Shown piece after piece: positions 20,866 through 31,160 of a stretch of DNA of 64,000 nucleotides. Position numbers and translations under genes: made by a program. This stretch comes from a virus. The notes under the pieces were generated by a model. It was not told the origin of the DNA, ran no database searches, and saw nothing but the letters and a program-made list of their open reading frames with translations. Where the stretch lies: positions 55,131 to 119,130 of the IMG/VR virus record IMGVR_UViG_3300008740_000712. The stretch is one strand, 5' to 3'. The first letter of the stretch is position 1, and each line of letters starts with the position of its first letter.

Positions 20866-23800
20866 TCAACAGTTTGATTTCCCATATCCACCGACACTAA
20901 CGGGGTCTGGCCCTGATGGGGCACATGAATCATCTTCATCGGGTTTTTGCTTTCTTGGGGTTCGTCCACCTGATTCTTCTTCCTCTTCTTCCTCTTCCGG
21001 TATGCACAATGGAATTGGATCTTGCAGATTCAATCCAGCATTTTCAAGACCTCTTTGAAGGTTTGGATCGTTCTTCATAAGTTCATTTGCCCACGGGGAC
21101 ATTAGCATGAGAAGAGGATCAACTAATAAATAGTATATCAAACCAAATGGTGTTGGTGGGAATGGAGGTAACATAACCAAGCAGGGGGCAAAAGTGACAC
21201 CGAGGGCAACAAGTTGCGTAAAACCTGGGAATCCAATCTTCTCTCCTGGAAACGTCGGGAGCATCAATGTTTCGCAATCGACTGGATCGGTGAATGGTAT
21301 TTCTATTTTTTGCTCCACCATTTTAGGAATTAGAAATCCAGCTTGGCCAAGTTCAACAATTGTCTGAGTGATGAGTACATGGGGATCTGCCATCTTTGAC
21401 CACCCCTTGTAGATGTGCAGTGGGGTCATCAGCAAAAGCAGTAGCAAAGAGGGGTTCCACAAATCATCCATGTTGGAGTTGCCCATGTTGAACATGCTCT
21501 TGGCCATTTGTGCCTCGTTACATCCGGTGGCACTATTGAAGTAATTTGAACCCTCCGAGGCATTAAACAGATAATTCTCCAGTCTACGTTTGGTTACGTC
21601 GAACATCTTCTGCATCTCTCTTGTGCTGTTAGCTAAAAAGGAATAAGATGAAATGACAGATGAAACATCCTGTAAATTAAAGCAATACTCGAACATAACT
21701 CTAAAGTCTTCAGTGTCTATCAATTCTCTCGATAGGTGATCAAAAATCTTTCTTGAAACTTTGCCCGTAATAGTGTCTTGACCCTCTTCTATGTCACTGT
21801 CCTGAACCAGTTCGTGAACATGATTTTCTCTCACTACAGATCTCGGAAATACATATACCTCGTTCTGCACCTTGAAATCAACAATTTCGTGCTCGTGATC
21901 CACTACATCATACTTGTTATCATCACCGACCAAAACAGCAGTGGTGTGGCCGTTGCCGTTGGCATCAACCTCATATTCGTGATAGTGATCTGGGACTCCT
22001 ACATTTTTTCGTTCGGCGATGCCGGGTCCAGTGAAACCCTCTAGTGCAAAGCACTCAACCTTGTCCGAGTCGTCTCTTGAGATTCCCAACAGACCCAAAA
22101 GATCATCGGCATCCACTTCATATTCAGCAAGTGGGTGAACGAAAAATGTCTTAGTCTTGTTTGGTCTGGGTTTGGCATTCCTAATTGTATACTCCTTGTC
22201 ATAGTCCTCTTTTTCTTTTCTCCAATATCTCTTATGTTTTGTGCCTCCGTCTTTGGGGTAATTGAATCCGGCCAGGAACTCATTGTCATTGACAACATAT
22301 GCGTCATCCTTATTGGAAGCAGCCAAAGTAATCAATTCCTCTATGCTTACTTCCTCTCCGTCGGGGGTTGTCCTCTCCCTCTTGTGATCTGCCAATTCCA
22401 CATACACAAGCCTAATACCATATTTTTCTACTTTCGAATTTAATAAATGCTTTGAACTGTTGAGGTTTACATCTTTTTGTCCAATGGTTTTCACAATATT
22501 TCCACTGGTGTTTCTGATGTATCTTTCTAGGTAAATCTGTCCTCTGCCCAATATTTCGAGCCGGTTTTTGTCCTTGTATCTTGCTTTTTGACGAACTGCT
22601 CGGTTTTTTAACAGTTCCCTCCTTCTTTTCTGCTTTTCTTTAAATCTCTTTCTTCTGTCCTTTAACGCATCTCTTCTGTCCTTATCGCTGTCAAATATGT
22701 CTACTAAATCATATTTCTCCATTATCTCAACGCCATGATCTCGAACAATCTTGTTTGTCATTCCGACCAACCTTTTGGTTCTTCGGATTGCCCTCTTGGT
22801 TCTTCTTAGTGAATTTCTCTGATTCCTGTTCAATCCCACCCTTATCTTGGAAAATCGATTATCCACAACATCTAACATAGAGATATTATCAATCAGAATC
22901 TTCTTCAACTCTAGTGCGAAATTACCAGGGACACCCTCGGTGTTGGAGTTGGATGCGGGGTTAGGGTCGGTTCCTGTCTCCCCTTCATCTTCCGATGTGT
23001 CCGGTGGGCACTCTTTCAGAACTACTTGTCGAAGTTTCTCCAACACAAACGCATACTCTTTCCTGAGAATTGGCATAAAAGATTCGTCAATCGTTTCCGA
23101 TGTGTCTTCTTTCAATAGACCATACTCTGCCTTGAGGTTTTGCATCTCCAGTGTGTTGTCCGAGAACTCTTTAAAATAGCCCGGCCTTTTTCGCATGTCG
23201 TTGCGGATTTTATCCATGAGCATCTTTTCTGTTGTGGGGTCAAGTTCAGAATTGAACTCTATCACCGGAAATATTGCTTGCAGAAGATACTCTAACGAAT
23301 ACAATCTTGCGACCATATTGGGGTGTGCTGCTCGAAGGGCCATTGACAGGGGAGTTTTGTATTTCCTTTTACCATCTCGATTTACTTCTCCAAGTTTACA
23401 ATCCTTAAAGAATTTGTAATCATCTTGCACCTGTTTCGTAAAGGATTTAAAATCCATGATTCTAGGATCTAATCCATGCTTCTTATGTATTTCTGATTGA
23501 GTTGGGTTGAAATCCGCAAATTGAATACCAATTGCAGAGTCTCCAGTGTCTTCGTTTTCCGTCCCCTCTATCTTGGAAAGGAGGGGTGTGTTTCTCACTT
23601 CAGTGGCCAGTGAGATCATGACCTTCCTCATTATGTCGTCATAAGTAGACCCCATCATGTCATCGTCATCCCCATCGTCGATAGAGTCCAACAACTCACT
23701 CTTTATAAGTCCTTCGTCTAAATCTCTCCCGTATGCGGATTTCCACTTTGAAGAGATGACCTTGGAAAAAACATTTTCCTGAGATGTGTATTTCGTTTGA

Positions 23801-26800
23801 ATAATCTTTCCGGTTGCGTCGTCACACTCAGAGGGGTCGTAATTATATTTTGTTTCCAAATGCGATTCCAAAAGAGGATCGATACTATTCTTCTTCACAG
23901 CATTAAGTTGCACCGGATCTTTGCCAAACCTCCTGATGCTTAGTAGGGAATTGTTTTCATACTTTGTTCCGAAATCATTTGCATAAGTTACATTGAATGT
24001 CGGAAGTTTTGGAGCAGGGTCTGTATATCCTCTCGATGATGCGACTTTTTTGAGAACCGAGTTTTCCGCAACTCCGTCCAAACCGTAAAATGCCTTGTCT
24101 GCATATATATCCAAATTTGAGGAGCCGGAAACAGTGTGCTTCAAGTAGGCATTTTTCTTTTTCTTCATGGATCTAGACAGTGATGCTGTCTGCTCCACAG
24201 AAGAGGAGAGTGCCTTCATTGTATCCGAACCACCAAAACTGAATCCGAAAAAAGTTGTCTTTGAGTTGTGCTGCCTCTGTAATACCCTAAGTCTTGCCTT
24301 TGCTCTTTTGAATTTCTTCTTTATCTGATTGTACTCTCTCAGTAGTTTTATACTCTTTTCGTCATTGTTTCTTGCCTTGAACGAAAACTCACTTCGGCCG
24401 GAGAAATAATTTTCTTCGAGGTTTTCGGGTTTTAGATGCCTTCGGACATTTGCTGCTACGGAAACTTTCTGTATATCCTTGAATGCAAATGGGCTGCCAC
24501 CGGTATCTTCATCGTAATCGGTGTAGGGCCCGAGTGCTCCAGGAAGATCATCAACAGATGCGTCACCCTTAGATTCCCCGTCCTCACCTTTGCCAAGTGG
24601 AATCCTCTCACTTTTAGACATCCAATCTTCATCCCAGGGTGGCCACCATTTTGTTTTTAATATTGCACCGAACTCGGTTCCGTCAGGTTTGCCGTCTTTT
24701 TTCATAGGAATGTGACCGGAAGCAATCATTGCCTTAAACTCCGGATTCATTATCGTCTCTTTCAATTTACCCTTTTGTGATGCAACTTTGCCGTCCTCAA
24801 ATGTCGTCACTTGTATGTCCTCTCCTTGCCAGAGGATCTTGGGGACTCTCCTGGCAGCAGGCAACTGCTCAGACAGAGCAGGTTTATAGAGAAGCATGTC
24901 AGCATCGTAAGCCATAACAAGAGGAGAGATTGAAGACTGTATTGTCCTAGCTAGCATCTCCTCAACTATCTCTGGTTCTGGGACGGAATCATATACATTT
25001 TTTTCACACTTCTTTTCGTCTTCGTCGTCTTTGTCGGTGGTGGGATCTTTGCCCAAAGACATATCCAACAGGTCATTAAATCTTCTCTTTCGATCTTCCT
25101 GTGCTTTTTTTAACAAGTCTTCTATCTGCTCCTTTGATAGTTTACTGTTTAAGACATCTCTCATGAACCTCTCTTTATCGAAGAGATCCTCTTCCTGACT
25201 TGAGAAGCAGAATGTGGATGAATTCTTACCCAACTGAGTGGCATCATCGGCAGCTGCCAAAACTTTGTCCCTCAACTTATCCAGTCCGGTGAATACTCCC
25301 AATATTCCAAATGCCTGGTTAAAGAATTCTGGATTGTCGGATAAAAATGAGAGGTGTGGATACTTCGTATTTGTCACCTTCGCAACTACCTCCAGAGTAT
25401 TGATGGATGCCTCACCCGCAAGGAGTCTGAGTATCTCATCTGGTGGTACGAGGGAGGAAACATCCCTCATTATGCTGCCCAAGTCTTTGGTCGGGTTGCA
25501 GAAAATCTGCTCACGCAATGCCTGTCTCGGTGTCCCCTTTCGTTTCTTGAGGGGTTTAGCAGCATACTCCTCATCGTTATCTGACTCGTTCATCCACGAC
25601 TCTGAGATTCCTGATTTTCTTGCTTCCACTTCTTGGGGGGTAACAATATCAAAATCTTCCACGGCCGCACTGTAATCTCTCTCTTCACCCGTAATCGGAT
25701 CTCTGTACTTTGTTACAACACCATTCTTTATAGCTTTTTCTAAAAATTGCCCGGTTTCGTTCATGAACTCCTCAGTCTGCTTCATTATATCAGCAGTTAC
25801 TCCGATTAATTCCTGTGAGAGTGGGTTTTTAGAAATCTCACCTAAATCACCTGTAGCAATTTTGTCTAGCAAGTCTCCGAAGTTGTCGGCAAACTTTGCC
25901 ATCTCTGTGCCTGCAAAATCTCCCTCCAACACTTTCCCTATGTCATTACATGAAACAGACAATTGCTCAAACAAGTTCATGAAAATGGACATGGTAGTAT
26001 CCACGACCAACCTCACGACTGCCTCCTCAAGAAGTTTCAAGAGGGCTCCGAAAGGGTTGTTGGTCGGTAGTTTCGGAATTCCCATAGGTCCACCGAATTC
26101 AGGAATGTCGATACCGAAAGCATTAAAGACTGCCATCAAGAGAAGTTGGCAAAAAACTTCGAGATCAAAGACCTCTTCGATAATTGCAACAAGTTCATCG
26201 AGCATCCCATCATCGAAGGGGTGGGCATCGTAAATCCCCGATGACCTGCGATTAAACCTTTTTGGAGTCCCATGCATATCATTTAACTGATCGTGGATTC
26301 GGTTTAATCTAGTGAACGAATTTGAACTCCTGTCTATAATATCCCTCTGATCGTCTCCCATCCTCCACCAATGCATTGCGTTTTTCGTTAAGGACGAATC
26401 GTTTCTGAGGACAAGCTTGGGGTTAGAGAGAGTTTTCGCGTTTGTGGAGTTTAACTCCTTTTTGAAAATTACAACTTCGTCAAGGAATCCTGTGTAGTTT
26501 TTCGTCTTATTTCCTGAGCAGGCAAACGTAATTGGGGCAGAAGAGTTAAAGACTTTAGTAAAGTTAGAATAATTCCTTACTTTTGAATTCTTGTCTTCTT
26601 CTCCGTTTATATATATCTTTATCTTGCCTCTTGGTCCGTTAAAGGTAACAAGAACATGGTGCCAATCTGAATCGAAAACTCTCTTGCTGGATATGATCTC
26701 TTTTCTGTCTGCATAGTGGCCATTGCCGTGGAAAGTTACCTTTATATTTCTCTCCGATCCCACCTTGACTGCAAATGCTCTCTCTGCCTCCGGTCTTGTC

Positions 26801-28050
26801 CTATAGTGACTAAAGATATGGGTTCCATTCTTGTTGTCATCCGATCTTGCTCGGACCCACAGGGAGATAGAGAATTCTTGAAGATTTTCGTGTATCCCAC
26901 CGGTGATTGGTTCTGCCTGCATATACGATCGCCCAGTGAACTTTATTGCCTTCACATTCTGTTGCTCTCTTAATTTCTCCCACTTCTTTCGAACCGTTCT
27001 AAGCCTGGGGTCGAAAGTCTCGAATTGTGAAATTGTCGGAATTATTCTCTTTATGCCGAATTCTTTCAGGAGTTCCCGGCACTCTAGTGATGGCAGGGTA
27101 CACTCCATCACTTTGCCCATTATGGTAGTGGGACATACCTTATTTAATATATCTGTCCAAAGTTTATGATGCTTGATCTGATAATCCATCGTGGCACCAA
27201 GTCTAGATCTAATTGCTTCGAGGTTTTCTTTTTCAAAAAACAAATCAGATGATTTGGCAAATGATGTCTTCTCCCTCTCGTACTGCTCCCCAAAGATGGA
27301 CAAAGTTTCGTTAGAGGGGTTCCTCGTTATCTTCTCGAAGTAACCTTTCTGCTCTGACCGATCAGAAAGAGACATTCTCAATTTATCGGCATTTGGTGGT
27401 TCATCTAGAGAATCTCCAACTTTCTCAACCGTGACCCACGAAGTGAGGTATCTATCTACAAACTGCTTCCACCCTACTGGTGATGGGGTTGACTTGTGAG
27501 ACTGCCCCCTGCGTTTCTTAACCTCGTCCTTAACGAGTGGAAGAACTTTCTCTTGCACAAATTCGGGCATCACGCATCCTGGCTCATCAAGAAGTGACTT
27601 GTCGGGAATCTTTGCTGGGTTTACTGTCTTTTTCGCAAGCTCCACAATCTCATCTAGATTTCCAAGAATTATCGTCAAGTTCGAATTTTTGACCACAAGG
27701 CTGTGCTTTTTTGGGTGGGGAATGGCGTGATGTTTGCTGTCCTTCCCAACAAGTTCATATTCCCCATTGCTGTAGATGTAGTCGTCGTATTTCTCTATCT
27801 CCTCCAACGCGTTGACTTCTTGCAAGTGTTCCATAATCTCGTTGTCTAGGGCACCTAGTTTGTTTCCTATGTTTCTCTCAAAATCAAAACCGACGACTTT
27901 GTATTGCTTATTTCGAATCGATTCTTTCATCTCATCATTGAGGGTATTCATATACTCCCTGACGATTGAGATCTTCTTCCCAGTCTTGGACTTGGAGAAA
28001 CTCTTCTTTTCTGATAAATCTCCAATGTATATTTTTACATAATTTCTCAT
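20866..28050 (-). CDS. Giant baseplate-associated protein (2394 aa) with a LamG domain and His-rich segment
   Basis: LamG motifs FSISLWVR, WHHVLVTF, IYINGEE, YTGFLDEVVIFKKEL; HxH repeats near 21805-21995; hydrophobic Pro-rich C-terminal region. Confidence 0.65.
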   Translation of the reverse strand: MRNYVKIYIGDLSEKKSFSKSKTGKKISIVREYMNTLNDEMKESIRNKQYKVVGFDFERNIGNKLGALDNEIMEHLQEVNALEEIEKYDDYIYSNGEYELVGKDSKHHAIPHPKKHSLVVKNSNLTIILGNLDEIVELAKKTVNPAKIPDKSLLDEPGCVMPEFVQEKVLPLVKDEVKKRRGQSHKSTPSPVGWKQFVDRYLTSWVTVEKVGDSLDEPPNADKLRMSLSDRSEQKGYFEKITRNPSNETLSIFGEQYEREKTSFAKSSDLFFEKENLEAIRSRLGATMDYQIKHHKLWTDILNKVCPTTIMGKVMECTLPSLECRELLKEFGIKRIIPTISQFETFDPRLRTVRKKWEKLREQQNVKAIKFTGRSYMQAEPITGGIHENLQEFSISLWVRARSDDNKNGTHIFSHYRTRPEAERAFAVKVGSERNIKVTFHGNGHYADRKEIISSKRVFDSDWHHVLVTFNGPRGKIKIYINGEEDKNSKVRNYSNFTKVFNSSAPITFACSGNKTKNYTGFLDEVVIFKKELNSTNAKTLSNPKLVLRNDSSLTKNAMHWWRMGDDQRDIIDRSSNSFTRLNRIHDQLNDMHGTPKRFNRRSSGIYDAHPFDDGMLDELVAIIEEVFDLEVFCQLLLMAVFNAFGIDIPEFGGPMGIPKLPTNNPFGALLKLLEEAVVRLVVDTTMSIFMNLFEQLSVSCNDIGKVLEGDFAGTEMAKFADNFGDLLDKIATGDLGEISKNPLSQELIGVTADIMKQTEEFMNETGQFLEKAIKNGVVTKYRDPITGEERDYSAAVEDFDIVTPQEVEARKSGISESWMNESDNDEEYAAKPLKKRKGTPRQALREQIFCNPTKDLGSIMRDVSSLVPPDEILRLLAGEASINTLEVVAKVTNTKYPHLSFLSDNPEFFNQAFGILGVFTGLDKLRDKVLAAADDATQLGKNSSTFCFSSQEEDLFDKERFMRDVLNSKLSKEQIEDLLKKAQEDRKRRFNDLLDMSLGKDPTTDKDDEDEKKCEKNVYDSVPEPEIVEEMLARTIQSSISPLVMAYDADMLLYKPALSEQLPAARRVPKILWQGEDIQVTTFEDGKVASQKGKLKETIMNPEFKAMIASGHIPMKKDGKPDGTEFGAILKTKWWPPWDEDWMSKSERIPLGKGEDGESKGDASVDDLPGALGPYTDYDEDTGGSPFAFKDIQKVSVAANVRRHLKPENLEENYFSGRSEFSFKARNNDEKSIKLLREYNQIKKKFKRAKARLRVLQRQHNSKTTFFGFSFGGSDTMKALSSSVEQTASLSRSMKKKKNAYLKHTVSGSSNLDIYADKAFYGLDGVAENSVLKKVASSRGYTDPAPKLPTFNVTYANDFGTKYENNSLLSIRRFGKDPVQLNAVKKNSIDPLLESHLETKYNYDPSECDDATGKIIQTKYTSQENVFSKVISSKWKSAYGRDLDEGLIKSELLDSIDDGDDDDMMGSTYDDIMRKVMISLATEVRNTPLLSKIEGTENEDTGDSAIGIQFADFNPTQSEIHKKHGLDPRIMDFKSFTKQVQDDYKFFKDCKLGEVNRDGKRKYKTPLSMALRAAHPNMVARLYSLEYLLQAIFPVIEFNSELDPTTEKMLMDKIRNDMRKRPGYFKEFSDNTLEMQNLKAEYGLLKEDTSETIDESFMPILRKEYAFVLEKLRQVVLKECPPDTSEDEGETGTDPNPASNSNTEGVPGNFALELKKILIDNISMLDVVDNRFSKIRVGLNRNQRNSLRRTKRAIRRTKRLVGMTNKIVRDHGVEIMEKYDLVDIFDSDKDRRDALKDRRKRFKEKQKRRRELLKNRAVRQKARYKDKNRLEILGRGQIYLERYIRNTSGNIVKTIGQKDVNLNSSKHLLNSKVEKYGIRLVYVELADHKRERTTPDGEEVSIEELITLAASNKDDAYVVNDNEFLAGFNYPKDGGTKHKRYWRKEKEDYDKEYTIRNAKPRPNKTKTFFVHPLAEYEVDADDLLGLLGISRDDSDKVECFALEGFTGPGIAERKNVGVPDHYHEYEVDANGNGHTTAVLVGDDNKYDVVDHEHEIVDFKVQNEVYVFPRSVVRENHVHELVQDSDIEEGQDTITGKVSRKIFDHLSRELIDTEDFRVMFEYCFNLQDVSSVISSYSFLANSTREMQKMFDVTKRRLENYLFNASEGSNYFNSATGCNEAQMAKSMFNMGNSNMDDLWNPSLLLLLLMTPLHIYKGWSKMADPHVLITQTIVELGQAGFLIPKMVEQKIEIPFTDPVDCETLMLPTFPGEKIGFPGFTQLVALGVTFAPCLVMLPPFPPTPFGLIYYLLVDPLLMLMSPWANELMKNDPNLQRGLENAGLNLQDPIPLCIPEEEEEEEESGGRTPRKQKPDEDDSCAPSGPDPVSVGGYGKSNC

Positions 28051-28958
28051 TAATTTACCTTATTGAACTTACTGTTTATATAACTTTTTCCATGAGGCAT
28101 CATATATGTGTCTCGAAATAGTTGCAAATTCTTAGTGAAGTCCAGAAGTCCCATTGTCACATCCTGGAAGTGGTTTTGGAGGGTTTGCAATCCCTGATCT
28201 ATTAACGTGTCACTTGGCAGTGTCGGGATTCCATAGAACGGGGAAATATGAAAATGAGTCATCGTTGCGATATTGAACGTGTCTTGCTGCATGGCAAAAG
28301 AATTTAGTATTCCAGACAGATCGTAAACAAGGGCAGTCAGTTCATCAATGGCCATGACCAAATTATGACCCTTTGGGATGGGCTGTAAGTCCGTGTCGTC
28401 GTTGTTCGCAATAATTTCTACGCCAGAATATGTCTCTATCTTTCCATCCTTGGAGTTAGTTGAATCTCCTCCGGAAATTATTTTAATCCCCTCTCTGCCA
28501 ATAACTCGAACGGCATCGGCCTTGACGGCAATTGCGGATCTTTCATACGATGGGCCTAAGTCTCCAGCACAAATTCCAAAGTTTGAATCAACGTCTGTTT
28601 TTTGTGAAATGTGGATTCTGGCAGCATCATTAGTAAAATCTGGATTCACATGCTCTTCCGCATATCCGACTCTGCCGACGACAAGATCCATCGAACTAGC
28701 ACCAGTGTGTCCTAGTCCACCATATCCACTACCCATATGGGATGGTCTGTCTCTACCCACTACGATATTAGCATTAGCTGTCTCTCCGAAAACCTGTTCC
28801 GAATCAGTCCTTATCAGTTGAGGAAATCCTTCGGAGATTGCTCCACCGGCCAGGCCAGATGTTGCAATATCTTGAATTGGTGACTTCCTTCTGTGCTTCG
28901 ACTTAGCATAAGAATCACTAAAAGAATTATCTATGTTTTTTGTCCTGTTTCTCGTCAA
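28050..28958 (-). CDS. Baseplate spike-like protein (gp5/gpV C-terminal-like)
   Basis: Gly-rich beta segments (KADAVRVIGREGIKIISGG) and a THFH motif near the C-terminus; baseplate context. Confidence 0.5.
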   Translation of the reverse strand: MTRNRTKNIDNSFSDSYAKSKHRRKSPIQDIATSGLAGGAISEGFPQLIRTDSEQVFGETANANIVVGRDRPSHMGSGYGGLGHTGASSMDLVVGRVGYAEEHVNPDFTNDAARIHISQKTDVDSNFGICAGDLGPSYERSAIAVKADAVRVIGREGIKIISGGDSTNSKDGKIETYSGVEIIANNDDTDLQPIPKGHNLVMAIDELTALVYDLSGILNSFAMQQDTFNIATMTHFHISPFYGIPTLPSDTLIDQGLQTLQNHFQDVTMGLLDFTKNLQLFRDTYMMPHGKSYINSKFNKVN

Positions 28959-28968
28959 TGGTTTTTAC

Positions 28969-30180
28969 CTATGATTTCTTTGCAAAGCTTTTGTTTGCTT
29001 TTTTCCTCTGTGCCAGGGAACCGTGTCCCTTTAATTCTATGTGAGCCGGGTCCCATCCTATGCGATACTTCTTCCACAATGTCTGCTGTGCTGCTTTTCC
29101 ACTCGGTGGCCATTTGCCTCCCCAAGTCAGCCCGCCGACCCTTTCTGCTTCTTCTCCGAGTGCTTTCCAAAACTTGGCAATTTGTTCTGTCTTGCCATTT
29201 CCCCAATGTAAACTCTTTCCAGACCTAAAGTCTCTCGGATGTCCGTGTATGATGTCTGCACCCATTGATGCAGGGGCATTGGGGCCTGTTTCGTTATTGT
29301 GGAAACTAAATTGCACCTTGCTCTTGTTGGTGTCATATAGATGCTTTTGTACGGCAGAAGATCTCCACCCGAAAAAGACATAGGCAGGAAAACCTCTTGC
29401 CTTCAATCTAGAGATAATTAACTTTACTTTTTGCCTCAACACCGGGTGCATACTTTCAAGAATTTTGTCTTGTGACCAATTATTCGCATCAGACTTGCCA
29501 GACCAGTCCTTGTTAGATGGGGCGGGTTGGGTAGACACTGTTGTTTCTGTTGACTGACCTTGTTCTGTTGGTGGTGGAGCAGGTGACATGGATATTTCAG
29601 GAGCTGTGTCGAAGGTGGCCAACAAACTATCCACTACCGACTTGCCGATTTCAAGGATTCCGGACATGAAACTACCCGGCTTGTGATAAACATCAACAAT
29701 AATTCCTTCCGTAAAATCTTTCCTGTTTCGGAAGTCACACTCAACAAGATCACCAACTTGGGGAGTTGCTTGGGTGTTGTCCATCATAGTGAAGGTATCA
29801 TGCATGTGAACATACAGATCGTCAAAGGTCGGGTTATCTGGATCAAAAGATAAGTTCGTTGGCTCTGGAATTGCTGCGTGTAACTCTGGTATTCTTACTA
29901 TGAATTGCCTTATTTCTGTTCCTCCAGGAACTCTAAGGTTTGCTTTTTGGTGTTTAGAGAAGTCTTTAGTAGAATCCTTATTGGACAGAACCTTCAGTAC
30001 ATATCCCGTCCAAGTTTGAATATCATTTACATCAGAACTCTCAGTCCCGGAAATGATCTTCCTCAGTCTATCTAGTTGACTTACTTCTTGGGGATTGTCA
30101 TAGGCAAGAGAGTCGGTATCTGACTTTATGGTATTGAGGGTGCCGTGTTTCCATTTTCTTACCTTCTTATCATTCGACAT
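28969..30180 (-). CDS. Baseplate hub-like protein with C-terminal M15 (L-Ala-D-Glu / D-Ala-D-Ala type) peptidase
   Basis: N-terminal OB-like part (IVRIPELH...PQVGDLVECDF); C-terminal HPVLRQKV, GWRS..VQ, SFHN...ADII, WGGKW, WDPAHIEL match the M15 zinc ligands and catalytic motifs. Confidence 0.8.
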   Translation of the reverse strand: MSNDKKVRKWKHGTLNTIKSDTDSLAYDNPQEVSQLDRLRKIISGTESSDVNDIQTWTGYVLKVLSNKDSTKDFSKHQKANLRVPGGTEIRQFIVRIPELHAAIPEPTNLSFDPDNPTFDDLYVHMHDTFTMMDNTQATPQVGDLVECDFRNRKDFTEGIIVDVYHKPGSFMSGILEIGKSVVDSLLATFDTAPEISMSPAPPPTEQGQSTETTVSTQPAPSNKDWSGKSDANNWSQDKILESMHPVLRQKVKLIISRLKARGFPAYVFFGWRSSAVQKHLYDTNKSKVQFSFHNNETGPNAPASMGADIIHGHPRDFRSGKSLHWGNGKTEQIAKFWKALGEEAERVGGLTWGGKWPPSGKAAQQTLWKKYRIGWDPAHIELKGHGSLAQRKKANKSFAKKS

Positions 30181-30472
30181 TCTCTTTACTCTCCTGAATC
30201 AAGTCAAAGAGATCTTCCTTGTCCCTCATTGAAAGTCCGGTGTCGGAGGTGGTTTTCTTATGCATTATACCAACAAGTTTAACCAATTGCTCGTTTGACC
30301 TCTGTAGTGTTTCCACATACTTTGCTGCGACGGTGCCGACCTCGACGTGACGTTCTTTGGAAGCACTCAAGTATTCCATAATATCATTGAGTAAAGTTCT
30401 AGTTACTGCTCTGTCGTTCTTTATGTTGGAGATTGCTTTTGCTATTTCTTTTTCAATCTTATCAGATGCCAT
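30170..30472 (-). CDS. Hypothetical coiled-coil protein (100 aa)
   Basis: Helical ORF overlapping both neighbours. Confidence 0.65.
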   Translation of the reverse strand: MASDKIEKEIAKAISNIKNDRAVTRTLLNDIMEYLSASKERHVEVGTVAAKYVETLQRSNEQLVKLVGIMHKKTTSDTGLSMRDKEDLFDLIQESKENVE

Positions 30473-31160
30473 CTTTATCCCACCTCGTTTTAAATTGAGA
30501 ATACTTTTGTCTTAATCTATTAAGTCCGCCGACAACTTGTTTCGTATTTAACCCGGTTATTTCTCTTATATAGAAGTAAATAGCTTTTTTGTTGAAAATT
30601 TCAATGTTGTCGGATGACTCAAAAAGTTGCTTGATGGCACCTAGAACCTTTCTTTCGTTCTCTTTTAGATCCATTTTTTCCCATTCATCGATGTTGTCCC
30701 AGAACAGGCTCCAAAATTCTTTAGATTCTCTAATCTCAAAATAGTGATTTGTGGTTGACATATGTGCCTGCTCCAAATCTTTTGGCATTTCGTCGTAATA
30801 CACTTCTCGCTTGTTTTGTGCCGTGTTTCTCTTTACCTTGTGGATGAACCAATTTTTTGTAATTACCGAAAAATATGAGAATGCTTTCGAACCCTTATTG
30901 GGATCGAACTTGTCCAAAATAGTTGTTAGAAAAACCTTACACTCCGATTTAAGATCTTCTATGTTTGGCAAAGTAGTGAACTTATATGTATAAACAATCT
31001 TGTCCACCATCTCATTAAATGCTGGGTTTATAAGATCTACATATAGTTGTGTCTTCTTTTCTCGACTATCCGTTGTAGAGTATTCTACTATGGCATCTTC
31101 GTGAATTTTGGTAAAATATAATTTACCCTTCTTCTTGCGTTTTGGTGTTTGCATCGTCAT
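30462..31160 (-). CDS. Phage sigma-70-like factor (probable late sigma)
   Basis: EDLKSECKVFLTTILDKFDPNKGSKAFSYFSVITKNWFI resembles sigma region 2 (xxFDPxxGxxFxxY); possible C-terminal HTH (IREITGLNTKQVVGGLNRLR). Confidence 0.75.
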   Translation of the reverse strand: MTMQTPKRKKKGKLYFTKIHEDAIVEYSTTDSREKKTQLYVDLINPAFNEMVDKIVYTYKFTTLPNIEDLKSECKVFLTTILDKFDPNKGSKAFSYFSVITKNWFIHKVKRNTAQNKREVYYDEMPKDLEQAHMSTTNHYFEIRESKEFWSLFWDNIDEWEKMDLKENERKVLGAIKQLFESSDNIEIFNKKAIYFYIREITGLNTKQVVGGLNRLRQKYSQFKTRWDKDGI

